Positions 14,301 through 25,587 of a stretch of 64,000 nt of DNA are shown piece by piece; position 1 is the first letter of the stretch; each line of letters starts with the position of its first letter. This DNA is from Nemertoderma westbladi. Its lineage: Eukaryota > Animalia > Xenacoelomorpha. A model generated the notes under the pieces. It ran no database searches, had not been told where the DNA came from, and saw only the letters and a list, made by a program, of their open reading frames with translations. The DNA lies in assembly GCA_032718475.1 (NCBI GenBank), contig JAUCBJ010002218.1:6436-70435 (forward strand), given 5' to 3'. The translations under genes and the position numbers were made by a program.

Positions 14301-15330
14301 GACAGTAATCCTACCATACAATTGTCTACAGAGCCGCTCTACCAGAGAGGTCACGTTCCCACGGTAGCAGTTTTTCAGCTAATCAATATCTAATAATGTC
14401 TGACGGCCAAACATAACCATCGCCCTTATTAATAATTCATTGGGAAGCATTGACCCCTATTAAGGTGTCCCCCAGAGCCGGATTAAGCTTATGTGTGGCC
14501 CCTAGGCATAGAACAATAAAACTTGGTAATTAACGAAAATCAGTGTTTTACACTCCAATCCGGATCCAATAAAACTTGATAATTAACGTAAATCCGTGTT
14601 TTACACCCCATTCCGGATCCAACAAAACTTAGTAATTAACGAAAATCCGTGTTTTACACTCCATTCCGGATCCAATAAAACTTGGTAATTAACGAAAATC
14701 CGTGTTTTACACTCCATTCCGGATCCAACTAAACTTGATAATTAACGTAAATCCGTGTTTTACACCCCATTCCGGATCCAACAAAACTTGGTAATTAACG
14801 AAAATCCGTGTTTTACACTCCATTCCGGATCCAACAAAACTTGGTAATTAACGAAAATCCGTGTTTTACACTCCATTCCGGATCCAATAAAACTTGGTAA
14901 TTAACGAAAATCCGTGTTTTACACTCCATTCCGGATCCAACAAAACTTGGTAATTAACGAAAATCCGTGTTTTACACTCCATTCCGGATCCAATAAAACT
15001 TGGTAATTAACGAAAATCCGTGTTTTACACTCCATTCCGGATCCAACAAAACTTGGTAATTAACAAAAATCCGTGTTTTACACTCCATTCCGGATCCAAC
15101 AAAACTTGGTAATTAACGAAAATCCGTGTTTTACACTCCATTCCGGATTCACAAAATATATGAATCCGCGTTTTACACTGCAATACGGATTGCGTATTTC
15201 AGAATCCGCATATTACACTCAGTTACGGATTGTATGTAAATCCGGATCCGCCTTTTACACTCGCAAATCCGGGTCCTGATCCGTATCCGGATCCTGAATC
15301 CGGATCCGGATCCGCGTTTTACACCTACCC
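11399..15330. mobile_element. Foldback/Mutator-like element with tandem-repeat arms
   Basis: Termini gggtcagagtaaaacgcggatccggatc / gatccggatccgcgttttacacctaccc; 9-bp TSD tagaacacg / aagaacacg; ~53-bp repeat arrays in opposite orientation at ~11550-12660 and ~14515-15250. Confidence 0.85.
12687..13929 (-). mobile_element. Solo LTR related to the BEL/Pao element at 40457-53004
   Basis: tgt...aca ends, 5-bp TSD gcata (12682-12686, 13930-13934); reverse complement matches blocks of the LTRs (e.g. gcgccacgtcctaaaggaactgttaa, ggcaggttaaactgctaaaggtc). Confidence 0.88.
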
Positions 15331-15553
15331 AAGAACACGTGATGTGCCACTGTATTTTGAACATACATTTAGTACATCACCTCGTTGTGAGAGTTTATTA
15401 AAACAAAGCGAAAAGTGTCATTTAATTAGTTTTCTGGTTATATTTTCCCAAGACGAGTTTGTGTTCACAATATTTTGGAGGTTGGATTTTTACTTGCTTT
15501 GTTGATGTCATTTTTAGTTTGTGCCTTATTACTTCAATTGGTAACTCACTTAA

Positions 15554-16440
15554 TAGGGGGGTACCCCCTCCTTGGGTAAAATTTTAACATTTATGGTTTT
15601 CTATTTCATCTGATGCAGAATTTAATGGGGAGTACAAATCTTGAAACAGTTTGGCGAGATCTTTTTTAGTTCTCGAGTTATCGCTGTCTTTCCGTCTATC
15701 AGTTTGTCCGTCAAAATTTAGAACACAGACAGACAGACATGCTGTCAGACAGACATATTAGATCCACCAAACATTAAAACTGACATCAGAAATGAAATCA
15801 CCGACCCCGAAAACCCCCATATTGATAATTTTAGTGAGTTGGTATGAAGCCATAGTGTCAAACATTACTGACCGATTAACAGACTACAGACAGTCAGGTT
15901 TGAGCGGGAAGGTTCAAATTTTAAAGCAAATTATCTCGGAATTACATTTCACGATATTTCCATTTTTCAAAATACTACTCCTCCGCCGTTTTTCACCCAA
16001 ATTCGATAATTTATGGCTCGTTTGAAAGGTTTTTTGAACATCTTGAAAAATTATCCAGCACTTTTTTGAAAAATTTTTTTTTTAAATATTATTAAAATTT
16101 TAATTAATTTTATTAATTTTAATTAATAAATTTAATTAATTTACTTAAAAATTAATAATTTAAAAAATCGGCTGGATAATTTTTGTAGAAACGATGGTGC
16201 TGAGTCCAAAAAAGTTGGTTTCAAAAAAATTCGATAAATATTAAGGGACTAGTAGTGTTTTTAGTGAAATATTTAATTCCGCCACTCGCCGCTAGAGGGA
16301 CACAAAAAATTTAAAATTTCAATTTTTGTTGCTCTTTGGCCCTCCCCACGTTGGCTGAACACAACATAACAATGATATTGACCTACAACACGAAGTTTGA
16401 GCTGTTTAAAAAAAAACTCTCCTGAGGGGGTACCCACCCC
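15554..16440. mobile_element. Non-autonomous TTAA-flanked TIR element (Kolobok-like)
   Basis: ttaa|taggggggtaccccctc ... gagggggtacccacccc|ttaa; shares atctgatgcagaattt with the 57-58 kb element. Confidence 0.65.
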
Positions 16441-16495
16441 TTAATGGACGGATAATATTTTCATGTATGTTTTTTAACATCCATGAGATTGTATA

Positions 16496-16872
16496 AATTA
16501 TTAAGTAATTTAAACAGGACTTAGGATGATCCAACTCGATAGCAAATGGAGCGGAAAAAATTAATTCGCCACCAGCGGGGATCGAACCCGCGTCTCCCGA
16601 TAAACGTTCAGGTATGCTAACCACTACACCACGGAGGCTTCTGTATCTTTCCGATTGAATTGCTATAGGTTTTAAGCTCCCTTACGGTTGCTATTGAAGT
16701 TTTGGCACCTATAGCAAAACAATCGGAAAGATGCAGGAGCCTCCGTGGTGTAGTGGTTAGCATACCTGAACGTTTATCGGGAGACGCGTGTTCGATCCCC
16801 GCTATCCCTGCCCGATCTCCATTTGCTTATAGAGTTGGATCATCCTAAGTCCTGTTTAATTTACTTAATATT
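16496..16872. mobile_element. Palindromic element carrying two divergent tRNA-like sequences
   Basis: Whole region is an inverted repeat centred ~16688; tRNA-like copies at 16567-16638 (-) and 16739-16803 (+) with A box gtggtgtagtgg and B box ggttcgatccc. Confidence 0.8.
16567..16638 (-). pseudogene. tRNA-derived sequence (pseudo-tRNA, GTT in anticodon position)
   Basis: GCCTCCGTGGTGTAGTGGTTAGCATACCTGAACGTTTATCGGGAGACGCGGGTTCGATCCCCGCTGGTGGCG folds as a cloverleaf but has an acceptor-stem mismatch and a non-canonical anticodon loop (ACGTTTA). Confidence 0.6.
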
Positions 16873-17044
16873 TTCATGAATATATATAATTTTTTTCTGA
16901 ACCACGTGCAGCCGTGTGACGTTTGGTAAATTTTGGTACGTTGTTTTTGCTACTTTGTTTCGCTGTTCTTTTTGGTAGTTTTGGTTTATGGTAAATATTT
17001 TTTTCTTGTAACAGCAATCTACAGTATAGGAAGTGTTGTAGTAA

Positions 17045-17780
17045 AATCTCCAAAAAGACCAAAATTTTGACAGTTAACCTTGAAAGTCTCTGATCGGATG
17101 AGCATAAGCTCAGATGATGGTATGCTTGAGCATGTGGACGACTTCTGTTACCTTGGATCATGGATTCGGAATTCAATTGAATACCTTCGAATACGTAAGG
17201 GAATGGCATGGGCAGTCTAGAATAGGCTTTCCGGGATTTGCAAATCACAGACAATTAATCGGAAACTTAAGGTCCGATTATTTAGAGCAGCAGTAGTTCC
17301 AGTACTCCTCTATGGGAGTCCATGCTGGGTTCTAACTGCTGAGGACATCAAATCTCTGGATGGCACATTCACAAGAATGTTACGCCGGGTTCACTGTGTC
17401 AAGTACAATGCACACATCTCCAACCAGATACTGTATAACATTGGAGGTGTCTCATTGGTTCCCCCAAGCTTGACACTAGAACAAAGCCGCCTCCGCTTTG
17501 CAGGACATTGCTTTCGCCGTGAGGGCCAGCCAGTGCATCATGTTGTACTTTGGCAGTCTCATGGAGTGAATAAGCATGGTGGACAGCCCATGGCTTTCTT
17601 GAGACGCATCTTAAAGGACATTGGCCTTGAAAATGCGGATGACCTAGCAAATGTCATCGGTGATAGGGAGTTGTGGCGGCGCAATTTTATCGACAAGTCG
17701 GTTCAGCATTCTTAATATATATATATAATATATATATAATGCAGCATGCCGATCCTAGTAGTAGTAGAGTGTTGTAGTAG
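17045..17780 (+). mobile_element. RTE-type LINE, 5'-truncated 3' fragment
   Basis: LEHVDDFCYLGSWI, frameshifted, then RLRFAGHCFRREGQPVHHVVLW; ends in (TAG)n tail; same family as the 25.6 and 63 kb copies. Confidence 0.88.
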
Positions 17781-18509
17781 TCTATATTTTTTAGAAAAGT
17801 AAGATTTTTTCTTGGTCTGGAAATATTTTTTCCACACAGCAGCGCAGTTATTGGAAGTGAAGGCCAATTTATTAAACGTAATAAATAAGCGGTTCTTATC
17901 GGGGTTGTATTATTTGTTACCTTGCTTTGTTTGTTACGGTTCCGAAAACTGAATTAAAATTGTAAAATGTTTCTCTTCCCAGTGAATCCTATGGGAATAT
18001 CTACAAAGTTACTCCCTGTGCTATGTTTGTTAGGTGGAAGGCCAGCTGATTGAATTTTAGTTAGCCAGAGTACTTCTGTTGACTATCGGGTACTAATTGT
18101 ACTGAAATGTATGTACTCTGCTATAATAATATAATTGTTGTATTTAATTAATATTATTGTTAAATCGTGGTTTAAATTGAAACATTTCAACCTGTTTTAT
18201 TTACAAAAATAAGAACGAACTGATTCATCAGACAAAACGAAAAGCTTTCACTTGACTCGTGTACTGCCTTACGACTTGATTTACGGGCCGCTAGGCCCAT
18301 CTCAATAGTACATCAAGGGAGGGATCAAGTTTTTTATTTTCATAATGCATATGGATAATGTGATTGGTTATAAGTGGTTATATTGTGGTTATAATGCTTC
18401 CTCTCTACTCTGAGAATTAGAGGTTCTTTCTTAGTATTTAAATATTAACGCGCCAAATAACAAAATATTTTTTTTAACGTTTAGTTTAAAAAGCTTACAG
18501 CTTAAGAGA

Positions 18510-18968
18510 GCCCCCCCCCCCCCCCCCCCCCCCCCCCTTCGAATAAGACGCCCCCTCGAATTAACGCCCCCTTACCATCAAATTAGCAACTTAAACGCCT
18601 TCCCTGAATAAACGCCCCGGCGTTTAATATATTACAATGTGGGGCGTTAACATTGTTGAGAGTTAACTGATTGTTAAGACTGAAGGTAAATGTAGTAGGG
18701 TGTTGTACCGCTGTAATAGGCTGCATTGTAATAAAGATAATCCTGGTTTTATTTGAATTATTTCATTTGTTTAACTTGTTTTCTTGAATTTAACAACATT
18801 CTTTATTAGGGTATTTAGATTCAAAATGCTGAAAATCTAGAACATAAACATAAACGCCCCCACTCGAACCACACAATTTGGAACTTAAACGCCTTCCCCG
18901 AATAAACGCCTCCCCAATTGGCAATTTATAAACTTAAACGCCCAGGCTCTTATTCGAGTAAATACGGT
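18510..18968. mobile_element. MITE remnant (Tc1/pogo-like end)
   Basis: Repeated gaataaacgccc motifs and terminal ttattcgagtaaatacggt; left end obscured by a poly-C run. Confidence 0.4.
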
Positions 18969-19040
18969 GTACTAAAAGATAATTATAGTCAGATATTGAA
19001 ACCGTTGCTCAGTTACTTATTACTTAGAATGTCATTGCAG

Positions 19041-19334
19041 ATCAAGTCGGGTCTCATGTTCGTTGGCTACGATTCGTACCACGATTCATCGTCTAAGGGC
19101 CGCTCGGTTGGCGCTGTCGTCGCGTCCATGAACTCGAGCTGCACGCGCTGGTACAGTAGGTGCTGCTTCCAGCACAACCATCAGGAACTCTTGGACGGTC
19201 TGAGGGTCTGTGTCCAAGCGGCGCTCAACAATTACCTCAAAATCAACGGGATACTCCCGCAGAAGATCATTTTCTACCGTGACGGAGTCGGCGACGGCCA
19301 ACTTATGGTGGTGAAGGACCACGAGCTGAAACCG
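19041..19334 (+). CDS. piwi: Piwi-like exon C (PIWI domain, catalytic D, E, D)
   Basis: cattgcag acceptor, ccg|gtaagt donor; MFVGYDSYHD...HQELLDGL...IIFYRDGVGDGQL; 98 codons, phase 0/0. Confidence 0.96.
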
Positions 19335-20790
19335 GTAAGTTAGTGAAAGAGAGCTGAAACCGGTAAGTTAGTGAAAGAGAGCTGAAACCGGTAAGTTAGT
19401 GAAAGAGAGCTGAAACCGGTAAGTTAGTGAAAGAGAGCTGAAACCGGTAAGTTAGTGAAAGATAGCTGAAACCGGTAAGTTAGTGAAAGAGAGCTGAAAC
19501 CGGTAAGTTAGTGAAAGAGAGCTGAAACCGGTAAGTTAGTGAAAGAGAGCTGAAACCGGTAAGTTAGTGAAAGAGAGCTGAAACCGGTAAGTTAGTGAAA
19601 GAACACAAGTTGATACCGGTAAGTTGGTGAAAGAGAGCTGAAACCGGTAGGTTAGTGAAAGAGAGCTGAAACCGGTAAGTTAGTGAAAGAGAGCTGAAAC
19701 CGGTAAGTTAGTGAAAGAGAGCTGAAACCGGTAAGTTAGTGAAAGAGAGCTGAAACCGGTAAGTTAGTGAAAGAGAGCTGAAACCGGTAAGTTAGTGAAA
19801 GAGAGCTGAAACCGGTAAGTTAGTGAAAGAGAGCTGAAACCGGTAAGTTATTGAAAGAGAGCTGAAACCGGTATTTTAGTGAAAGATAGCTGAAACCGGT
19901 AAGTTAGTGAAAGAACACAAGTTGATACCGGTAAGTTGGTGAAAGAGAGCTGAAACCGGTAAGTTAGTGAAAGAGAGCTGAAACCGGTAAGTTAGTGAAG
20001 GACCCGAGCTGATACCGGTAAGTTAGTGAAAGCCACGAGCTGAAACCGGTAAGTTAGTGAAAGACCCGAGCTGAAACCGGTAAGTTAGTGAAAGCCACGA
20101 GCTGAAACCGGTAAGTTAGTGAAGGACCACGTGCTGATACCGGTAAGTTAGTGAAAGACCTCGAGTTGAAACCGGTAAGTTAGTGAAGGACCTCGAGTTG
20201 AAACCGGTAAGTTAGTGAAGGACCTCGAGTCTGAAACCGGTAAGTTAGTGAAGGACCACGTGCTGAAACCGGTAAGTTAGTGAAAGACACGTGCTGAAAC
20301 CGGTAAGTTAGTGAAGGACACGTGCTGATAGCGGTAAGTTAGTGAAGGACACGTGCTGATAGCGGTAAGTTAGTGAAGGACCACGTGCTGAAACCGGTAA
20401 GTTATAGTGAAGGACACGTGCTGATAGCGGTAAGTTAGTGAAGGACCACGAGTTGAAACCGGTAAGTTAGTGAAGAGAGCTGAACCGGTAAGTTAGTGAA
20501 GACATGCTGATACCGGTAAGTTAGTGAAGAGAGCTGAAACCGGTAAGTTAGTGAAGGAGCTGAAACCGGTAAGTTAGTGAAGAGACGCTGAAACCGGTAA
20601 GTTAGTGAAGGACAGTCTGAAACCGGTAAGTTAGTGAAGGACACGTTGATACCGGTAAGTTAGTGAAGGAGAGCTGAAACCGGTAAGTTAGTGAAGGACA
20701 CGTGCTGAAACCGGTAAGTTAGTGAAGGACACGTGCTGAAACCGGTAAGTTAGTGAAGGACACGTGCTGATAGCGGTAAGTTAGTGAAGG
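19323..20790 (+). repeat. 28-32-bp minisatellite made of the Piwi exon C / intron junction (~50 copies)
   Basis: Unit gagctgaaaccg|gtaagttagtgaaaga; first unit overlaps the real exon end and donor. Confidence 0.96.
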
Positions 20791-20927
20791 GCGGCGTACT
20801 CGTACTGATACCGGGAATGAAACCAGTAAGTTTGTAAAGTTGAAGAAGCTAAAACAGGTAAGTTTGGCGCTATAATTGTAGGTTCCCCAATTTCAACGGG
20901 TGTTTTATATTTTATTTTTGAACGCAG

Positions 20928-21118
20928 GTCTTGGAGTGTGTGAAGCAGGTTGGGGGTATCGACTACTCTCCGCAGATCGGCTTTATTGTGGTCAAGAAGC
21001 GAGTCAACGCCCGCTTCCTGAAGCTAAGCAACGGTAATGGTAACGGTGGAAACAACAACAACCTCGAGAATCCGCCCCCAGGAACAGTCATCGACCACTC
21101 GGTCACTCAACCCGAGCT
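20928..21118 (+). CDS. piwi: Piwi-like exon D
   Basis: aacgcag acceptor, gtaagt donor; [12 protein letters not shown]...[17 protein letters not shown]. Confidence 0.95.
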
Positions 21119-21337
21119 GTAAGTTTATTATAACCTTCCCTGGGCGGACACCTTCATGTTTCAGTTCATTGTTCACTAAGTTACCTAACCAAGTAGTTCT
21201 GTAAAGTATTCCTGCATCGCTGCATGTGAGAATTTTTTTATTATTTGGGGGAGTGGAGGGTGGGGTGGGGTCTATCCGGTTATTCCTTCTACCTTGTCTC
21301 TCTATATTCTTGTTTATTTGCATTTATTTTTTTTCAG

Positions 21338-21485
21338 TTACGACTTCTTCCTTGTCTCTCAGTCTGTGCGTCAGGGGACCGTCAGCCCCACTCATTACAA
21401 CGTATTGCAGGAAGATCTGAAGCTCAAACCTGATCATATCCAACGTCTGACCTATAAGTTGACGCACATGTACTACAACTGGCCG
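21338..21485 (+). CDS. piwi: Piwi-like exon E
   Basis: tttttcag acceptor, gtaagt donor; [23 protein letters not shown]...[15 protein letters not shown]. Confidence 0.96.
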
Positions 21486-21605
21486 GTAAGTGGCTTATAT
21501 TATATTATATGTCCTCCAGTTCAGTTAACATTACAATGGTATTTGGTAGTATTTTTTTATTATGGTTTTGGTTGGTATTTTTATTGTTAATTGTGTTTAA
21601 TTTAG

Positions 21606-21722
<117 letters not shown>

Positions 21723-23271
21723 GTGCGTCGTGATTGGTTGGTGAATCCTATGCAATATTATAATCCTAAAACCCTGGGAATGTGACGAGACTGTAAGAGA
21801 ATAGTTCCGCTTCATGTAGATATATTTTAGAGATCTCCTGTTTTAGTTGCATTTAAATACGTTGCAGTTTATGTGGGTGTCAGAACCACGGCGTCATTTA
21901 TGTACATAAACTATCAGATTTTGTGATACATCACTAATTGTTGAAATATCCTATTAATATGAGATACCGACGGTATGTTTTATTTCTCAATAGGGTTTGG
22001 TGCGTTAAACAATTATTTAGTATTTGGCTAGAAACTACCGTAGGGAGTGGTCTTATTCAAATTTGGTGTGGTTTTAAGTTAGCGTTCGGCTTCTTCATTT
22101 AACGTTTTATTGTTAATACCCTGTCGTCCGCCCTAACTAAATAGGCCTCAATCCAAGGCAGAGTTTCGGCCAATATTTGGCTTTGCGGCAATGGAGGTGT
22201 TCCCTCAAACATTATTTAGCCAGCATACAATTATTTTGTCGCGTACTAAACCCTGTTAAGATTACTTAACTCTCTGTTTTCAATTGGGTTGAATAAAGAA
22301 CAGCCACTTTAAAGTCTGTAGTTAGTGCCTATAATACGGTCTTGCATAAGACCCCCTTTTATATTGTACTTATCTCTTTTATTTTTTTGAGCTTTAATGT
22401 TTTCCTGCGGAATTATAAAGTCGCAATCCTTAATAATAATCATCTGCACAGTTAGTAGTTAGTAGTCACGTTAGCAGATCACTTGTAATGGTTAATACGG
22501 CTAATTCGTATGTTAAATAGTATAATCACTCTAGACGGCTGTATTAATAATCATTAAAAAAAATACTGATTACCAGTTGTATTGGTATTTTGTAGTAGGG
22601 CTATTAATTGCTATTGTTTTAACTTCGAATTTTGTTTAGTAAAAATGTTACTAAAATCTATAGAGAAGATATTGTTGAAATATTATTGTTTATTTTTTTT
22701 AGCCAATTGCAATTCAATTCGAAATAGGTGCTTCTATGTTAAAGTGTTTTATTAACATTTCACACCCAAAATTTAGTGTTTCAATTAGCTCACTGTACTA
22801 TTTTTTCGCGGTTTCAGCTCAGTGTGACTTTATAAACAGTGAATTAGTATTTTTACTCGTTAGTCGGTGTAATTTCAGTAACGCAATGTAAAATTCCTTT
22901 TTAATTGTATGTTTTTTATTAGATTTTTAGGAATAAGCATTTGAAAGTGACTATTAATTGTTCACTATGAAGTAACATATATAAATTGATGTTAATTTCG
23001 GTTTATTTGGCAACTTTTCATATTTCAGAATATTATTTTCTGCGGATATATTACAGTTTAATTAAGGTACTGCGCTGTCTATTTCTTAAAAGTCTTAGGT
23101 TTATCTTCTATTTTTTATGTAAACAGGTCAAAAGATTAAAGTTATTGGTTTAATGGTTTGGTTATATTTTGTGTGGGTAGTTGATTTTGTATACCGTAGG
23201 AATTTTATAAATTCTGAAAAATATATTATAGGTTTACTCGTTTGTTGGTTATTAATAATATTTACAGCCCA

Positions 23272-23302
<31 letters not shown>

Positions 23303-24069
23303 CCTGATTACGTTTTTTCACTGAACCTTGCGTGGGAGTATAACGTTTCGGGTGATTTCTTGGGTATAGGAAATTTTATGGTGATCAATAATGCGACTGA
23401 TGCCGCCTAGCTTGCATCATTGAGGATTTTCTGTAATTAGCAATTAAAAAAATTTCTCCCAGCAACGGTTAAGACAATTCATCCGATTGCTTCCATATAT
23501 TTTAGTAATAATTGTACTGTTGAAAAAAATTTACAAATGGTTGGCCTACATGTTTCCATTATAATTGGGTTGGTGCGTGAAAAAATTGTTGGGCTAGAAA
23601 CAATTGAATAAGGGGGAACAAGGTGCCCTGAATCGAGTGGCGGGGTGTGTTTTTTGTAAAAAGACGAGGAAACGGTCTAAATGGCGGGTATAAGCAAGCG
23701 CGGGAGGCCAATTTTGAAAATCGGCTGTGATTGGATGCTACATATTTGACGTCATTTACGTAGTGGCTGTGATAATTTTTTATCTGGTTTCTATGGATCG
23801 AGATTTTCGATCAATTCAAATACATATTAAACCTCAATCATTTCACACGTGGCTTATATTAATTGGAAGCGGAGAGTCTTTGCGTCTTTTGACACTACAA
23901 TTAATTAAATTCACGACGAGGAAGATTGTTAAAATGCTGTTCACAATTGCAAACTCAACAGATTTCCTGACCGGTTAGGCAGGACTTCCTTGCCTACTGG
24001 TCACACACCTATCAGCCTATTGCAGTATCTGAATATTGCAGCTTTACTTCATTAAGTTGAGTCCTCTAA

Positions 24070-25585
24070 GCCCACTATGTCCACTAACCCCATTATGTAC
24101 AGTAACCCCATAATGTCCATTATCCCCACTATGTCCACTAACCCCATTATGTACAGTAACCCCATAATGTCCATTATCCCCACTATGTCCACTAACCCCA
24201 TTATGTACAGTAAACCCATAATGTCCATTATCCCCACTATGTCCACTATCCCCCACTAACCAGATTATGTCCAGTAACCCCATAATTTCCATTATGATAA
24301 TTATTCTATTATGATTATGACATGATAATTATTCTATTATGATAATGGAAATTATGGGGTTACTGGACATAATCGGGTTAGTGGGGGATAGTGGACAAGT
24401 GGGGATAATGGACATTATGGGGTTACTGTACATAATGGGGTTAGTGGGGATAGCGGACCTTATGGCGTTACTGGACATAGTGGGGATGGTGGACATTCAT
24501 TATTTAGTTACAGGACATAGCGGAGTTAGTGGACATAGTGGGGTTAGTGCACATAGTGAAGGTAGTGGACATTATGGGGTAATGGGGTTAGTTGACATAG
24601 TGGTGTTTGTGGACATAATGGGGTTAGTGGACTTAAAGGAGTTAGTGGACATTATGGAGTTACTGGACATAATTGGGATAGTGGATATAGTGGGGCTAGA
24701 GGACATAGTGGGGTTAGTGGACATAGTGGGGACATTATGGAGTTAGTGGACATAGTGGGGATAATGAACATTATGGGGTTACTGGGCATAATGGAGTTAG
24801 TGGACATAGTGGGGTTTGTGGCCACAGTGGGGTTAGTGAACATAGTTGGGTTAATGGACATGGGGTTACTGGGCATAATGGGGTTAGTGGACATAGTGGG
24901 GTTTGTGGATAAAGTGGGGTTTGTGGACATAGTGGGGTTTGTGGAGTTTATGGATAATGTGGGGTTTGTGGACACAGTGGGGTTAGTGGACATAATGGTG
25001 TTAGTGGATATAGTGGGTTTGTGGAGTTTATGGATAATGTGGGGTTTGTGGACACAGTGGGGTTAGTGGACATAATGGTGTTAGTGGATATAGTGGGTTT
25101 GTGGATATAGTAGGTTTGTTGACATAGTGGGGTTAGTGGACATAATGGGGATAATGGACATTATGGAGTTACTGGGCATAGTGGGGTTTGTGGACATAGT
25201 GGGATTTGTGGAGTGGACATAGTGGGGTTAGCGTACATAGTGGGGTTAGTGGACATAGTGGAGTTAGTGAACATTCTGGGGTTAGTGGACATTATGGAGT
25301 TACTGGACATAGTAGGATTAGTGGACATAGTGGGTTTAGTGGACAAAGTGGGGTTAATGGACATAGGGCGTTTAGTGGACATAGGGGGTTAGTGGGGATA
25401 GTGGACATTATGGAATTACTGGACATATTGGGGTTAGTGGACATAGCGGGACTTGTGGACATAGAGAGTTTAGTGGAGTGGGGATAGTGGATATTATGAA
25501 GTTACTGGACATAGTGGGGTTAGTGGACGGACATAGTGGGGTATGTGGACGGACATGTGGGGTTTGTGGACATAGTGGGTTGTCC
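24070..25585. repeat. G-rich 9/18-bp degenerate minisatellite with internal inversion
   Basis: gtggacatagtggggtta-type units on + from ~24340; reverse-complement orientation at 24070-24300. Confidence 0.92.
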
Positions 25586-25587
25586 TA

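Noticed and set aside
16739-16803. Functional tRNA gene
   Set aside because: 3' acceptor strand missing, T-arm mismatch, abnormal anticodon loop, and embedded in a palindromic repeat.
24340-25585. Interstitial telomere or hydrophobic repeat protein
   Set aside because: Unit is gtggacatagtggggtta, not a TTAGGG or TTAGG run; ORFs are by-products of the 9-bp periodicity.
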